Shown one piece after another: positions 48,005-57,725 of a stretch of DNA of 64,000 nucleotides; positions within the stretch are counted from its first letter, which is position 1, and each line of letters begins with the position of its first letter. This DNA comes from Candidatus Nanoarchaeia archaeon (GTDB lineage Archaea > Nanobdellota > Nanobdellia > JAQUSD01), in contig JAQUSD010000001.1 of NCBI GenBank assembly GCA_028715295.1, positions 8,404 to 72,403 on the forward strand, given 5' to 3'. Both the position numbers and the translations under genes were made by a program. The notes under the pieces were generated by a model, which worked only from the letters and a program-made list of their open reading frames with translations, had not been told where the DNA came from and made no database searches.

Positions 48005-48856
48005 ATGATGCGTTCAGGAAAGCCAGTCATCCGTCCTGCAGGAAAAGAATATTATATTGTAAAGGAGATTCTGAAAAAATATAATCTTAACACAGTATGT
48101 AGCAGTGCACACTGTCCTAACTGTTCTGAATGCTGGGGGGATAAAACAGCAACATTTCTTATTCTGGGAAATGTTTGCACAAGGGCGTGCAGATTTTGTT
48201 CTATAAATCATGGATTAAAAGGTAAAAAACTGAATAAAGAAGAAGCATTAAATCTTGCAGAAGCAGTAAGACAATTGAAACTTGATTATGTTGTTCTTAC
48301 ATCAGTTGACAGGGATGATTTAAAAGATAAAGGGGCAAAGCATTATGCAGAGTGCATTAATGAGATTAAAAAGACGGGCGCGAAAGTTGAGATTTTAATA
48401 CCTGATTATTCTGAAAAAGAACTTAGATTATTGAATCAGGCAGAGGTTATAGGACACAATATTGAAACTGTTAGAAGATTAATCCCTTTAATAAGAGATA
48501 AAAGAGCATCTTATGAAAAATCAATTAACACTCTTAAAAAAGCAAAGAATCTTTTTCCGAATAAATTAACAAAGACGTCTCTTCTTCTTGGGTTGGGAGA
48601 AACAGAAAAAGAAGTTTATGAAACAGTTGATGATGTAAAAAATACAGGCACAGATATTATTATTTTTGGGCAATACCTGCAACCCACAGAAAAACAAGTT
48701 AAAGTCAGTACCTGGATTGATGAAGAAACTTTCAGAAAATATTCTAAATATGCTGAGAAAAAGGGTTTATTCTCATTTGCAGGCAATAAAATTAGAAGTT
48801 CTTATAAGGCAAAAGAAATTTATTATAAATTAAGAAAAAATGAAAGACTCTGTTAA
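48005..48856 (+). CDS. lipA: lipoyl synthase (radical SAM)
   Basis: Auxiliary cluster CPNCSEC and radical-SAM CTRACRFC motif. Typical LipA length. Confidence 0.85.
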   Translation: MMRSGKPVIRPAGKEYYIVKEILKKYNLNTVCSSAHCPNCSECWGDKTATFLILGNVCTRACRFCSINHGLKGKKLNKEEALNLAEAVRQLKLDYVVLTSVDRDDLKDKGAKHYAECINEIKKTGAKVEILIPDYSEKELRLLNQAEVIGHNIETVRRLIPLIRDKRASYEKSINTLKKAKNLFPNKLTKTSLLLGLGETEKEVYETVDDVKNTGTDIIIFGQYLQPTEKQVKVSTWIDEETFRKYSKYAEKKGLFSFAGNKIRSSYKAKEIYYKLRKNERLC

Positions 48857-49946
48857 TTTTGTAAAAGAAGGTATTTTTCAAATTATAGATGAACGCGGGG
48901 AATGTCATGCCGACCATAATTTAAGTAAGAATAAGTTAAGGGAGATGTTCTGGTGGATGATTTATTCAAGGAGGGCAAGTGAGAAAGCACTTAAAATGCA
49001 AAGACAAGGAAAAATTGGAACATTTCTTCCTCTTGATGGACAGGAAGCAAGCCAGGTTGGTTCTGCTATGGCTATAAACAAAGAAGACTGGATATTTCCG
49101 ACATACCGGGAAATGGGTGCTCAGATTGTACGCAGTGTGCCTTTGGTTAATATCCTTCTTTATTATGCCGGGGATATCAGAGGGAATTTAATCCCTAAAA
49201 ACGTAAACAACCTCCCATTTTACATTCCAGTAGGCACCCAGATACCTCATGCAACAGGAACTGCATGGGCTATGAAAATTCAGAAAAAGAGAAGCGTTGT
49301 TTTATGTTATTTGGGAGATGGAGCAACTTCAAAAGGTGATTTCCATGAAGGTTTAAATTTTGCAGGAGTTATGAAATCACCAGTTATATTTTTTTGCCAG
49401 AATAATGGGTGGGCAATAAGTGTTCCAAGAGAAAAGCAGACTGCCTCAAGAACAATAGCTCAGAAAGCATTTGCATACGGAATGGAAGGTTTGATTGTTG
49501 ACGGTAATGATGTTATTGCTGTTTATCTTGCAGTTCAGCATGCCCGTAAAAGAGCAATGGAGGGAGTCCCTACACTTATTGAAGCATTGACATACAGGAT
49601 GAAAATGCACTCTACTGCAGATGATCCAAAAAGATATGAGGATAATAAAAATTTAAAGATTTGGGAGAAGAAAGACCCTATTAAACGAATGCGTCTTTAT
49701 TTAAAAAAAGAAAAAATATGGACAAGGGGATGGGAAAAAACACTTGAGAAAAAAGCAGACAGATTAATTGAAGATGCAGTAAAGAAGATGGGAAAGGTTT
49801 CTCAATTAACTCCGGAAGATATGTTTAATAGTATTTATTCAAAAATGACTCCAAAACTGACAGAAGAGTTGGAATATCTCAAAGAAAACCTCGCAAATAG
49901 GGAAGTAGAGGAAGAAACTCAGGAAATAAAAGGTGGTTTTCCATGA
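48840..49946 (+). CDS. pdhA: 2-oxoacid (pyruvate) dehydrogenase E1 component alpha subunit (TPP-binding)
   Basis: YRMILSRR-like WWMIYSRRASE and the TPP-binding GDGATSKGDFHEGLNFA region. Confidence 0.8.
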   Translation: MKDSVNFVKEGIFQIIDERGECHADHNLSKNKLREMFWWMIYSRRASEKALKMQRQGKIGTFLPLDGQEASQVGSAMAINKEDWIFPTYREMGAQIVRSVPLVNILLYYAGDIRGNLIPKNVNNLPFYIPVGTQIPHATGTAWAMKIQKKRSVVLCYLGDGATSKGDFHEGLNFAGVMKSPVIFFCQNNGWAISVPREKQTASRTIAQKAFAYGMEGLIVDGNDVIAVYLAVQHARKRAMEGVPTLIEALTYRMKMHSTADDPKRYEDNKNLKIWEKKDPIKRMRLYLKKEKIWTRGWEKTLEKKADRLIEDAVKKMGKVSQLTPEDMFNSIYSKMTPKLTEELEYLKENLANREVEEETQEIKGGFP

Positions 49947-50914
49947 AAATGAATATTGCTGAAGCAATAAATGACGCTCTTAAACTTGAAATGAAGAAAA
50001 ACAAAAACATTGTTCTTCTTGGAGAAGATGTGGGAGTAAACGGAGGCGTATTCCGTGTTACAGACGGATTAAAGAAAAAATATCCTGACAGGGTTTTTGA
50101 CACGCCCCTGGCAGAACTTGGAATCGTAGGAACTTCAATAGGAATGGCGCTTTATGGATTAAAACCAATTGCTGAAATACAGTTTATGGGATTTTTATGG
50201 CCCGCATTGGACCAGATTTCAAATCATGCATCAAGAATAAGAAACAGAACAATGGGAAGGTATACATCAAACATTGTTATAAGAATACCTTACGGAGGAG
50301 AAATAAGAGGATTAGAACACCACACTGAAAGTTTTGAAAGCGTTCTTTCTCATATCCCTGGATTAAAAGTTGTAATACCTTCAACACCTTATGATGCAAA
50401 AGGACTTTTAATATCAACAATAAGAGATGAAAACCCGGTTGTATTTCTTGAACCTAAAAAACTTTATCGTGCATTTAAAGAAGAAGTTCCTAAAAATAGT
50501 TATACTGAAGAAATCGGAAAAGCAAAAATTGTAAATGAGGGTGATGATTTAACTATTTTGGGATGGGGTGCAATGATGCCTAAAATAAAAAAAGCAGCTG
50601 AATTAATCAATGCAAAAGGATTCAGTACAGAAATTATTGATTTGAGAACAATATCACCTTATGATGAAAAAACTGTTAACGCTTCTGTTGAAAAAACAGG
50701 ACGTCTTGTTGTTGTACAGGAAGCATCGAGAACATGCGGGTTTGCTTCTGAAATAATTGCAGGGATAAATGACAATGAACTTCTGCATCTTAAAGCTCCT
50801 GTTGCAAGAGTGACAGGATTTGATATTCCTTTCCCATTATACAAAATGGAGAAATGGGCTGTTCCTGATGCGGACAGAATCATAAAAGCTTCAAAGGAGG
50901 TGCTTAAATGGTAA
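49943..50914 (+). CDS. pdhB: 2-oxoacid dehydrogenase E1 component beta subunit
   Basis: Transketolase-like pyrimidine-binding region (LLGEDVGVNGGVFRVTDGL...DTPLAELGIVGTSIGMA). Confidence 0.8.
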   Translation: MKMNIAEAINDALKLEMKKNKNIVLLGEDVGVNGGVFRVTDGLKKKYPDRVFDTPLAELGIVGTSIGMALYGLKPIAEIQFMGFLWPALDQISNHASRIRNRTMGRYTSNIVIRIPYGGEIRGLEHHTESFESVLSHIPGLKVVIPSTPYDAKGLLISTIRDENPVVFLEPKKLYRAFKEEVPKNSYTEEIGKAKIVNEGDDLTILGWGAMMPKIKKAAELINAKGFSTEIIDLRTISPYDEKTVNASVEKTGRLVVVQEASRTCGFASEIIAGINDNELLHLKAPVARVTGFDIPFPLYKMEKWAVPDADRIIKASKEVLKW

Positions 50915-52137
50915 CTGCTTTTAGATTTCCTGATGTTGGTGAGGGTATAACAGATGGTGTAATTAAAAAATGGCTTGTTAAAAAAGGGGTTAAAGTAAAA
51001 AAAGATGAAAATATTGCACAGGTTGAAACAGACAAGGCTGTTGTTGAAATACCTTCTCCTGTTGCAGGACATATACTTAAAATAAATGTTCAGCAGAACA
51101 AAAAAGTGAAAGTCGGAGAAGTTATGGTTTATATAGGCAAAAAAGGAGAGAAAATAACTGACTTAGAAAAAGAAAAACCAGAGAAAACAAAAGAACCTAA
51201 AAAGGAATCGAAAAACACTCCAAAAGATAACAAAAAGGAACCTGGAGTTCTTGCAATTCTAAGGGTAAGAAAACTTGCTGAAAATAACAGTGTTGATTTA
51301 TCTTCCATTAAAGGAACAGGACACAATGGAAGTATAACTGAGTGGGATGTGCTGAATTCAATTAAAGGAAAATCTAAAGAGAACTCAGATTCTCAGGGAG
51401 AAAAAGAATCCAAGCCAAAAGTTCTTACAAAGTACGATTTTTACGGACATCTTGAAAGAATAAAATATGAGGGCACAAGAAAAGTAATAGGAGAAAATAT
51501 GGTTAAATCAAGATTCAGTTCTCCTCATGCAGTTCTCATGGATGATGCTGATGTCACTAAACTTTGGGAATTAAGAGAAAAAGAAAAAATAAAAGCAAAG
51601 AAAAAAAGAATAAAACTGACGCCCCTTACATATATCCTAAAGGCGGTTGTTGAAGCATTGAAGAAAAACCCGATAGTAAACTCGGCATTTGATGAGGAAA
51701 ATCAGACAATCAATGTGAAAAAATACTACAATATCGGCTTTGCTGTTGAAACAGACGCGGGTTTGCTTGTTCCTGTTGTTAAAGGTGCTGAGAAGAAAAA
51801 TATCTATGCAATAGCAAAAGAAATTGAAATTCTTGCAGATAAAGCAAGAAAAAGAAAAATTGATTTGGAGGAAATGAAGGGTAATTCATTTACAATAACA
51901 AATTGGGGTTATCTCGGGGGTACATACGGGGTGCCTATAATAAATCCCGGAGATGGTGCTATCTTAGGAACAGGAAGAGTAAAGGAAATTCCGAGATATA
52001 TTGACGGGGAACTTAAACCAAGACAGATAATGGCATTAAGCATATCATTTGACCACAGAGTGATGGACGGTGCTGTTGTTGTCAAGTTCCTTAATGATTT
52101 GAAGGACTATCTTGAAAATCCCACAAAGATAAAATAA
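50908..52137 (+). CDS. pdhC: dihydrolipoamide acyltransferase E2 component
   Basis: Lipoyl domain (ETDKAVVEIPSP), E3-binding domain, catalytic DHRVMDG motif. Confidence 0.85.
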   Translation: MVTAFRFPDVGEGITDGVIKKWLVKKGVKVKKDENIAQVETDKAVVEIPSPVAGHILKINVQQNKKVKVGEVMVYIGKKGEKITDLEKEKPEKTKEPKKESKNTPKDNKKEPGVLAILRVRKLAENNSVDLSSIKGTGHNGSITEWDVLNSIKGKSKENSDSQGEKESKPKVLTKYDFYGHLERIKYEGTRKVIGENMVKSRFSSPHAVLMDDADVTKLWELREKEKIKAKKKRIKLTPLTYILKAVVEALKKNPIVNSAFDEENQTINVKKYYNIGFAVETDAGLLVPVVKGAEKKNIYAIAKEIEILADKARKRKIDLEEMKGNSFTITNWGYLGGTYGVPIINPGDGAILGTGRVKEIPRYIDGELKPRQIMALSISFDHRVMDGAVVVKFLNDLKDYLENPTKIK

Positions 52138-52139
52138 GA

Positions 52140-52883
52140 TTATCTTTCAAAATTCCATTCTTTTGTTTTGTATTTTGTTTTTATAAGTTCTTCAGCTCTT
52201 TTGTCTTCTCTATCAGTCCATTTTCCTTTAAAATACTCCTTGCTCCTGAGAAATGAATCTTTAATTGCATAATATGTTTCTTCATAACCTACACTTGAGT
52301 TCTGTTTAACACTTGTAACTCTTTCCTTTGCTGAACTGATTAATTTATCTTTTATTTTTTCATCATTGACTTTCAAAAGCGAGAACATTTTTTCGGGATT
52401 TACATCGTAAAGAATAGTTCCGTGATGAACAATAATGTTATTTTTTCTGGTTTGTGCATTGCCTGAAATTTTTTTTCCTTTTGTTACAATGTCATTAATT
52501 GGCTTAAATTCTGCATCAATGCCTATTGTTTTCAATCCATTTATTACCCACTCCGAGATTTCCTTATAAGAATGAGTAATATCTTTTGAAAGAATAGTTT
52601 CAGGTGCGACTATGCCGTAAGTAATTTCTCCATCATAATCATGATAAACAGCGCCCCCTCCTGTTATTCTTCTTATATAATCAACCCCCTGCTTTTCACA
52701 ATTTTTAATATCCACATCATCTTCCATACTCTGAAATTTTCCAATGCTGACTGCTGATGGTTTCCATCTCCAGAAATGAATTGTAGGATTCATTCCTCCT
52801 GCTACACTTTCTGCAAGAGCTTCCTCATAAGCCATTGCTTCAAAAGCATTTTTTGTTTCCAGTTCAATCAAACGCCACTTCAT
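52140..52883 (-). CDS. lplA: lipoate-protein ligase A, catalytic N-terminal domain protein
   Basis: BPL/LPL catalytic-domain motifs (RRITGGGAVYHD, NKISGNAQ). Confidence 0.75.
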   Translation of the reverse strand: MKWRLIELETKNAFEAMAYEEALAESVAGGMNPTIHFWRWKPSAVSIGKFQSMEDDVDIKNCEKQGVDYIRRITGGGAVYHDYDGEITYGIVAPETILSKDITHSYKEISEWVINGLKTIGIDAEFKPINDIVTKGKKISGNAQTRKNNIIVHHGTILYDVNPEKMFSLLKVNDEKIKDKLISSAKERVTSVKQNSSVGYEETYYAIKDSFLRSKEYFKGKWTDREDKRAEELIKTKYKTKEWNFER

Positions 52884-53148
52884 TGAATGCCACCTTTATC
52901 ATCTCTGAAACTGAAACTGAATCAATCCCATACATAATTGCATTATTATTTTTCAGTGTTTCATTTATTGTTTCCTCACATTCTGAAAGTTCTTTTCCTA
53001 TAAGATTAGTTTCTATGAGTATTAATGTCTCTTCAGGATGAAGGAAAAAATCACCTGTTATTTTTATCTTAGAAATTTTATTGTTATTAAATTCAACCCT
53101 TATCTTTACTAATTTCCCACCACATACTTTGTGACATGACTCAGGCAT
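52864..53148 (-). CDS. lplB: lipoate-protein ligase C-terminal domain protein (LplB-like, split LplA)
   Basis: 94-aa ORF directly upstream of, and overlapping, lplA (KIKITGDFFLHPEE...). This matches the separately encoded C-terminal domain in Thermoplasma-type split LplA. Confidence 0.55.
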   Translation of the reverse strand: MPESCHKVCGGKLVKIRVEFNNNKISKIKITGDFFLHPEETLILIETNLIGKELSECEETINETLKNNNAIMYGIDSVSVSEMIKVAFNEVAFD

Positions 53149-53182
53149 AAGATTAATATTAAAGTTCAGTTTATTAAAGTGT

Positions 53183-53737
53183 ATGGAAAGAGCAATTCTT
53201 GAAAGTGAAAGATTAATTCTGCGTCCAGTAAAACTTTCAGATGCTGACGCTGTTTATGAACATGCAAAACACAGAGTAATTTCAAGATACACTTCAAATA
53301 TCCCTTACCCTTACCCAAAAGAAAGTGCAAAGCCATTTCTCAGAAAATGTCTAAAAAAATTAAAGGATAACGAAGAATACACTTTTGCCATGGTGCCAAA
53401 AAACAAAAAAACCTTAATAGGGATAGTATCTTTGCACCTCAAATGGGAAAACAAAAGGGCTGAGCTTGGGTACTGGCTTGGTAAAAAATACTGGGGAAAC
53501 GGTTATATGCCTGAGACTGTAAAAACAATTCTTGATTTTGGGTTTAATAAATTAAAACTGAATAAAATTTATGCAAGAGCCTTTGTAGTAAATAGTGCAT
53601 CTAAAAGAGTTCTTGAAAAGTCTGGTTTCAAAAAAGAAGGTACACTGCAACAGCATTATTTTAAAAATGGAAGATTTTATGATGCTTATTCTTTCAGCAT
53701 AACTAAATCACAATACAAAACTAAAAATAAAAAATAA
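53183..53737 (+). CDS. GNAT-family N-acetyltransferase (RimL/RimJ-like)
   Basis: ERLILRPVKLSDADAVYE N-terminus and the acetyl-CoA binding region (GYWLGKKYWGNGYMPE). Confidence 0.75.
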   Translation: MERAILESERLILRPVKLSDADAVYEHAKHRVISRYTSNIPYPYPKESAKPFLRKCLKKLKDNEEYTFAMVPKNKKTLIGIVSLHLKWENKRAELGYWLGKKYWGNGYMPETVKTILDFGFNKLKLNKIYARAFVVNSASKRVLEKSGFKKEGTLQQHYFKNGRFYDAYSFSITKSQYKTKNKK

Positions 53738-53807
53738 TTCTTTCATTATTAAATTTAAAAAGTTTATATATTAAAAATGTTAAGGAAACCGCCCAAAAAG
53801 GAATAAA

Positions 53808-54608
53808 TCAAAAAAATAAAGATAACAAAGTTATAACTGCAAAAACAAGGACAAAATAACCGAAATTTATTTTCCTTGAAAGTTTAAGGAGTAAATGTAT
53901 TGTCAGATAACCGAATATAAAGGAAGTTATCAGTCCTGCAAATGAATAAAAATTAATTGCAAATTCATTTATATTAAGCAGAATATTCCCTGATAAAACA
54001 ACAGGAAGACTCATGAGAAAACTAAGCTTCAAAGCAGTGGTTTTGTCAAAATTTCTTAAAAGAAATGCTGAAACTGTTGTTCCTGAACGTGATATACCTG
54101 GAAGAACTGAAAAACCCTGTGCAATCCCCATTATTATACTGTCACTTGGCTTTAAACTTGATGAAGTTCTAATCCCTGAGTTTTTATAACCAAGCTGTGT
54201 AAGTGCTGTAATTATTAAAAGCACCCCTATTACAAGAGTTACTGTTCTGCCTGTCAAAACCACCTGGTTTTCAACACCTTCAATGAGTTTAAGTATTATA
54301 ACTGCAACAAAACCGGTTATCACTGTGCTGTAAAATAAAAAATAAAATATTTTTTTCTTTGATGAATGAAGCGGACTGTATTTAAAAGAATATTTTATTA
54401 TGTTGCATATATCCTTCCTGAAATAAATTACGCCTGCAAAAAAAGTTCCGAGATGGAGAAACAATGCCTCTTTTATCATAACACTCATTGATGATGCTTC
54501 AAAAAAACTTGTTTTTGCAAGTATCAAAAGTCCTTCTGAACTTACAGGAAGCCATTCAAAAATACCCTGAATTATACCTAAAACTATCTGCTCCAATAAA
54601 ACAGCCAT
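53808..54608 (-). CDS. uppP: undecaprenyl-diphosphatase (UppP/BacA)
   Basis: GISRSGTTVSAFLL motif and polytopic topology. Confidence 0.8.
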   Translation of the reverse strand: MAVLLEQIVLGIIQGIFEWLPVSSEGLLILAKTSFFEASSMSVMIKEALFLHLGTFFAGVIYFRKDICNIIKYSFKYSPLHSSKKKIFYFLFYSTVITGFVAVIILKLIEGVENQVVLTGRTVTLVIGVLLIITALTQLGYKNSGIRTSSSLKPSDSIIMGIAQGFSVLPGISRSGTTVSAFLLRNFDKTTALKLSFLMSLPVVLSGNILLNINEFAINFYSFAGLITSFIFGYLTIHLLLKLSRKINFGYFVLVFAVITLLSLFF

Positions 54609-54630
54609 GAGTTAAGTAAGTTCAGAAACA

Positions 54631-54954
54631 TTATTTAGGTTTTTTGTCAGATATTTTTTTTCCTGCAGTTCCTTTTCTAAAGATTCTTGTCATAAGGAAT
54701 ATAACTAATACTATTATACCAAAATTAATTGCCTGTGATATAAAAGAACCCATGCTGAAGATAAAAGGCCCTAAAACAATAACTGCGGTCTTCCATGCAC
54801 CATCTGGTATAAACGGGGTGATCAAAGGCATGATTATGTCTGAAACAAGAGAGTTAACAAAATCCTTAACAGCAATACCCATTATTATCCCCACTGCAAG
54901 TCCCATAACCTTGTATTCAGAAAGAAATTCTCTAAATTCACTTATTATACTCAT
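54631..54954 (-). CDS. mscL: large-conductance mechanosensitive channel
   Basis: FREFLSEYKVMGLAVGIIMGIAVKDFVNSLVSDIIMPLI matches the MscL TM1 signature. 107 aa. Confidence 0.8.
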   Translation of the reverse strand: MSIISEFREFLSEYKVMGLAVGIIMGIAVKDFVNSLVSDIIMPLITPFIPDGAWKTAVIVLGPFIFSMGSFISQAINFGIIVLVIFLMTRIFRKGTAGKKISDKKPK

Positions 54955-54989
54955 ACTAATTAATAATAAGTAAGGCTATTTAAAAATTT

Positions 54990-55292
54990 TTAAAACCTAA
55001 GCATTTCCTCAAATAAATCCTGATTATCCCTTATATAAACAAGAAAGTCATGGAGTTCTCTTTTCCAATAGTCAATTTTCTGTTTTGGAGGTACATGATG
55101 GTTTCTTGAAACTGATTTATACAAATCCTGGCATACTTCCCTTACATTAGTAAACTGTTTTTCCAAAGGTTTGATGTGTTCACTTAATATGTAATAGCAC
55201 TCTGTAAGCACATTGCACGACTTGAAATCTCTTTCCTTAAGAGAGTCAAGCTTAGCAATAAGAGTTTCTGCTTTTTTCTTAGTTTTTTCCAT
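54990..55292 (-). CDS. hypothetical protein
   Basis: 100-aa helical ORF. No motif. Confidence 0.3.
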   Translation of the reverse strand: MEKTKKKAETLIAKLDSLKERDFKSCNVLTECYYILSEHIKPLEKQFTNVREVCQDLYKSVSRNHHVPPKQKIDYWKRELHDFLVYIRDNQDLFEEMLRF

Positions 55293-55382
55293 TGATAACT
55301 CTCAAGGTTATTGTTTTATAAAATTTTCCAATTGGTAAAATTCCTATAAAATTAAAAGAAAAGAAAAGAGAGTTTTTCAGAA

Positions 55383-55589
55383 TCACATAAGCTCTTTTCT
55401 TAGTTCAGGAGGCAACAGGATAGGTATGCCCTCCTTAACTGGATATGTTTCTCCGCATTTTTTATTTGTGCATTTAAGACTGTTTCCAGAAACTTTAAGC
55501 TCGTTTCTGCATATGGGACATGCTATTATTTTAAGCAGTTCCTTGTCAACAAGTTCCTTTGTCATTTTTTCACCGCCTTGTAAACCCAA
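55383..55589 (-). CDS. trm112: Trm112-like zinc-ribbon methyltransferase activator
   Basis: LKIIACPICRNEL...LKCTNKKCGETYPVKEGIPILL is the Trm112/UPF0434 signature. The real start is probably the internal Met (MTKELV). Confidence 0.7.
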   Translation of the reverse strand: MGLQGGEKMTKELVDKELLKIIACPICRNELKVSGNSLKCTNKKCGETYPVKEGIPILLPPELRKELM

Positions 55590-56158
55590 TATCCTCCGCT
55601 TTTAGCAAGAACATCTACATTTTTAAATGTGTCATTAACGCATTCCATAAGTGTTTTTCCGCCTTTGTTATGTCTTGCAACCATTTGAAAAATCCCATTC
55701 TTATTCATATGTTCATATGCTTCTTTTATCATTCTTATACATATATCTCTGCCTGCTGTCTGTGGCGGATTTAAGAGTATTGAGTCAAACATAATGTCTT
55801 TTATTTCAGAGAACACATCGCTCTGCAGAACCTTGTAATTGCTAATCTTATTCTTCTTTGCGTTGTATTTTGCCATTGCCACTGCTCTGGGGTTTATATC
55901 TACCATATAAACTCTGCATTCAGGACAGGATTTTGCATATACAATGCCTATTGCACCATAACCGCAACCCAAATCAAGCATGGTTCCCTTTTTAATCAGC
56001 ATGTATTTTGCAAGAACCTGGGTGCCCCTGTCAATTCTTTTAAGAGAAAAAACACCTGACACTGTTTTAAATTCAAGATTAAAACCCCTCAAAACAGCAC
56101 TAAAATTAGAAAATCTTTGCTCTGAATCCTGCTTTGAGCTGTAATAGTGTTCCTGCAT
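55562..56158 (-). CDS. class I SAM-dependent methyltransferase (MTS family; Mtq2/RsmC-like), Trm112 partner
   Basis: Motif I DLGCGYGAIG, motif IV LLNPPQ. The 3' end overlaps the 5' end of trm112. Confidence 0.55.
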   Translation of the reverse strand: MQEHYYSSKQDSEQRFSNFSAVLRGFNLEFKTVSGVFSLKRIDRGTQVLAKYMLIKKGTMLDLGCGYGAIGIVYAKSCPECRVYMVDINPRAVAMAKYNAKKNKISNYKVLQSDVFSEIKDIMFDSILLNPPQTAGRDICIRMIKEAYEHMNKNGIFQMVARHNKGGKTLMECVNDTFKNVDVLAKSGGYWVYKAVKK

Positions 56159-56206
56159 AATATATCTATAAAATAAGATGTTATTATAATTTTTGATTTT
56201 TAAAAA

Positions 56207-56800
56207 TCAAGGTTCCCAGACGTTCTCGTTATACAATGTTTTAACTCCACCAATCTTTCCTGAAAAAAGTATAACTTCAACACCTGCTTCCTCAAACATT
56301 TCAAAACTAGGCTTTATTTTTTCCATCCAATAAAGAGGAGAATTATCCATAATTTCCTTATGTCCAATAATTTTTTTTATTCCAGCGCTTATTATTGCAA
56401 TTCCACAGTCTGCACAAGCAAACCATGGGCAGTACATGGTAAGCCCTTCTGTAGGTATTCCTTTTTTAGCTGCATTGAATATTACATCTCTTTCAGCATG
56501 TGTTAAATAATTATACTTGTTAGGGCGTTCATGTCTTTCAGGGATATCTTTTATCTGAGGAAGCAACCCGCAGGTTCCATAAGAAACTATTCCCATTTTA
56601 TCATTAACCAACACAGCACCGTTCTTTGTACTTCTGTCTTTTGATTTTTCAGAACCGTATAAATACGCTTCTCTTAAAAAATAAGCATGTTCAGATGTTT
56701 CATCTCCTAAAATAATTTCAAGTCTGTTAAGCCAGTTTTCTTCAGTTTTATCCTTCATAAACATCCCCCAATATGCTACAAATAAAGCAGGTAAAAGCAT
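56207..56800 (-). CDS. deoxycytidylate (dCMP) deaminase-family zinc deaminase
   Basis: HAERDVIFNAAKKG (HxE) and PCxxC (YCPWFACADC) zinc ligands. Confidence 0.7.
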   Translation of the reverse strand: MLLPALFVAYWGMFMKDKTEENWLNRLEIILGDETSEHAYFLREAYLYGSEKSKDRSTKNGAVLVNDKMGIVSYGTCGLLPQIKDIPERHERPNKYNYLTHAERDVIFNAAKKGIPTEGLTMYCPWFACADCGIAIISAGIKKIIGHKEIMDNSPLYWMEKIKPSFEMFEEAGVEVILFSGKIGGVKTLYNENVWEP

Positions 56801-56834
56801 AAATATTGTTGCTCAAAAAAGTTTGAGTAAAAAA

Positions 56835-57725
56835 TTATTTTCTTAATTCCTCAATAAGTTTTTTTGCAGGTTCCATGCACATTCTTCTGAAACCTTCCTT
56901 AGTCATGCCACCCAGATGAGGTGTTGTAATTACATTTTTCATTTTAAGAAGAGGATTGCTTTTCTTCGGCGGTTCTTCAGCAAAGGCATCCAATGCAGCA
57001 GCTTTTATCTTTCCTGATTTAAGCGCATTAATTAAGTCTTCTTCAATAATTACACCTCCTCTTGCCATGTTCAAAAAAATTACGCCATCTTTCATCATAT
57101 CAAACTGTTTTTCTCCAATCATGCCTTTTGTAGGAGCTATCAAAGGAACATGAACAGTGATTATATCTGATTCTTTTAAAATCTTATCAAGAGAAACATA
57201 AGTTGCATTCAGCTTTCTTGCTTCTATCTCATCTTTTATAACATCATAAGCAAGAATCCTTACATCAAACCCCTGGAGTTTTTTAGCAACAAGTCTTCCT
57301 ATATTGCCAAACCCAACAATGCCAACAGTTTTATTCATAAGTTCGCATCCCATATTCTCCATTTTTCTCCATTCCCCTTTTTTTAGTTCATTGTTTGCAG
57401 GAACAATATTTCTAAGACAACTTAAGATATGGGCTATTGTCAGTTCAGCAACAGAATCAATGTTTGAAAGAGGTGCATTGAAAACTTTAATTCCTCTTGC
57501 AGAACACTCATTTAAGTCTATATGGTCAACACCAACACTGTTTGCAAGAATATATTTTAGTTTTGGGATTTTATCAAGAAGAGTTTTATCTGTTTTAGTG
57601 TCAATCCTTATGCTTATGGCTTCGCATTCAGAAAGCTCTTTTTTGTCAGAAGTTATTATCACTTTATTTTTCTCAAGAAACTTAACTGCTTCAGAATCTG
57701 TTTCTCCGAGAAGAACACACTTCAT
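56835..57725 (-). CDS. D-isomer-specific 2-hydroxyacid dehydrogenase (PGDH-like), NAD-binding
   Basis: Rossmann GxGxxG (VGIVGFGNIGR), catalytic RGG/His region (MARGGVI...TPHLGG). Confidence 0.75.
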   Translation of the reverse strand: MKCVLLGETDSEAVKFLEKNKVIITSDKKELSECEAISIRIDTKTDKTLLDKIPKLKYILANSVGVDHIDLNECSARGIKVFNAPLSNIDSVAELTIAHILSCLRNIVPANNELKKGEWRKMENMGCELMNKTVGIVGFGNIGRLVAKKLQGFDVRILAYDVIKDEIEARKLNATYVSLDKILKESDIITVHVPLIAPTKGMIGEKQFDMMKDGVIFLNMARGGVIIEEDLINALKSGKIKAAALDAFAEEPPKKSNPLLKMKNVITTPHLGGMTKEGFRRMCMEPAKKLIEELRK

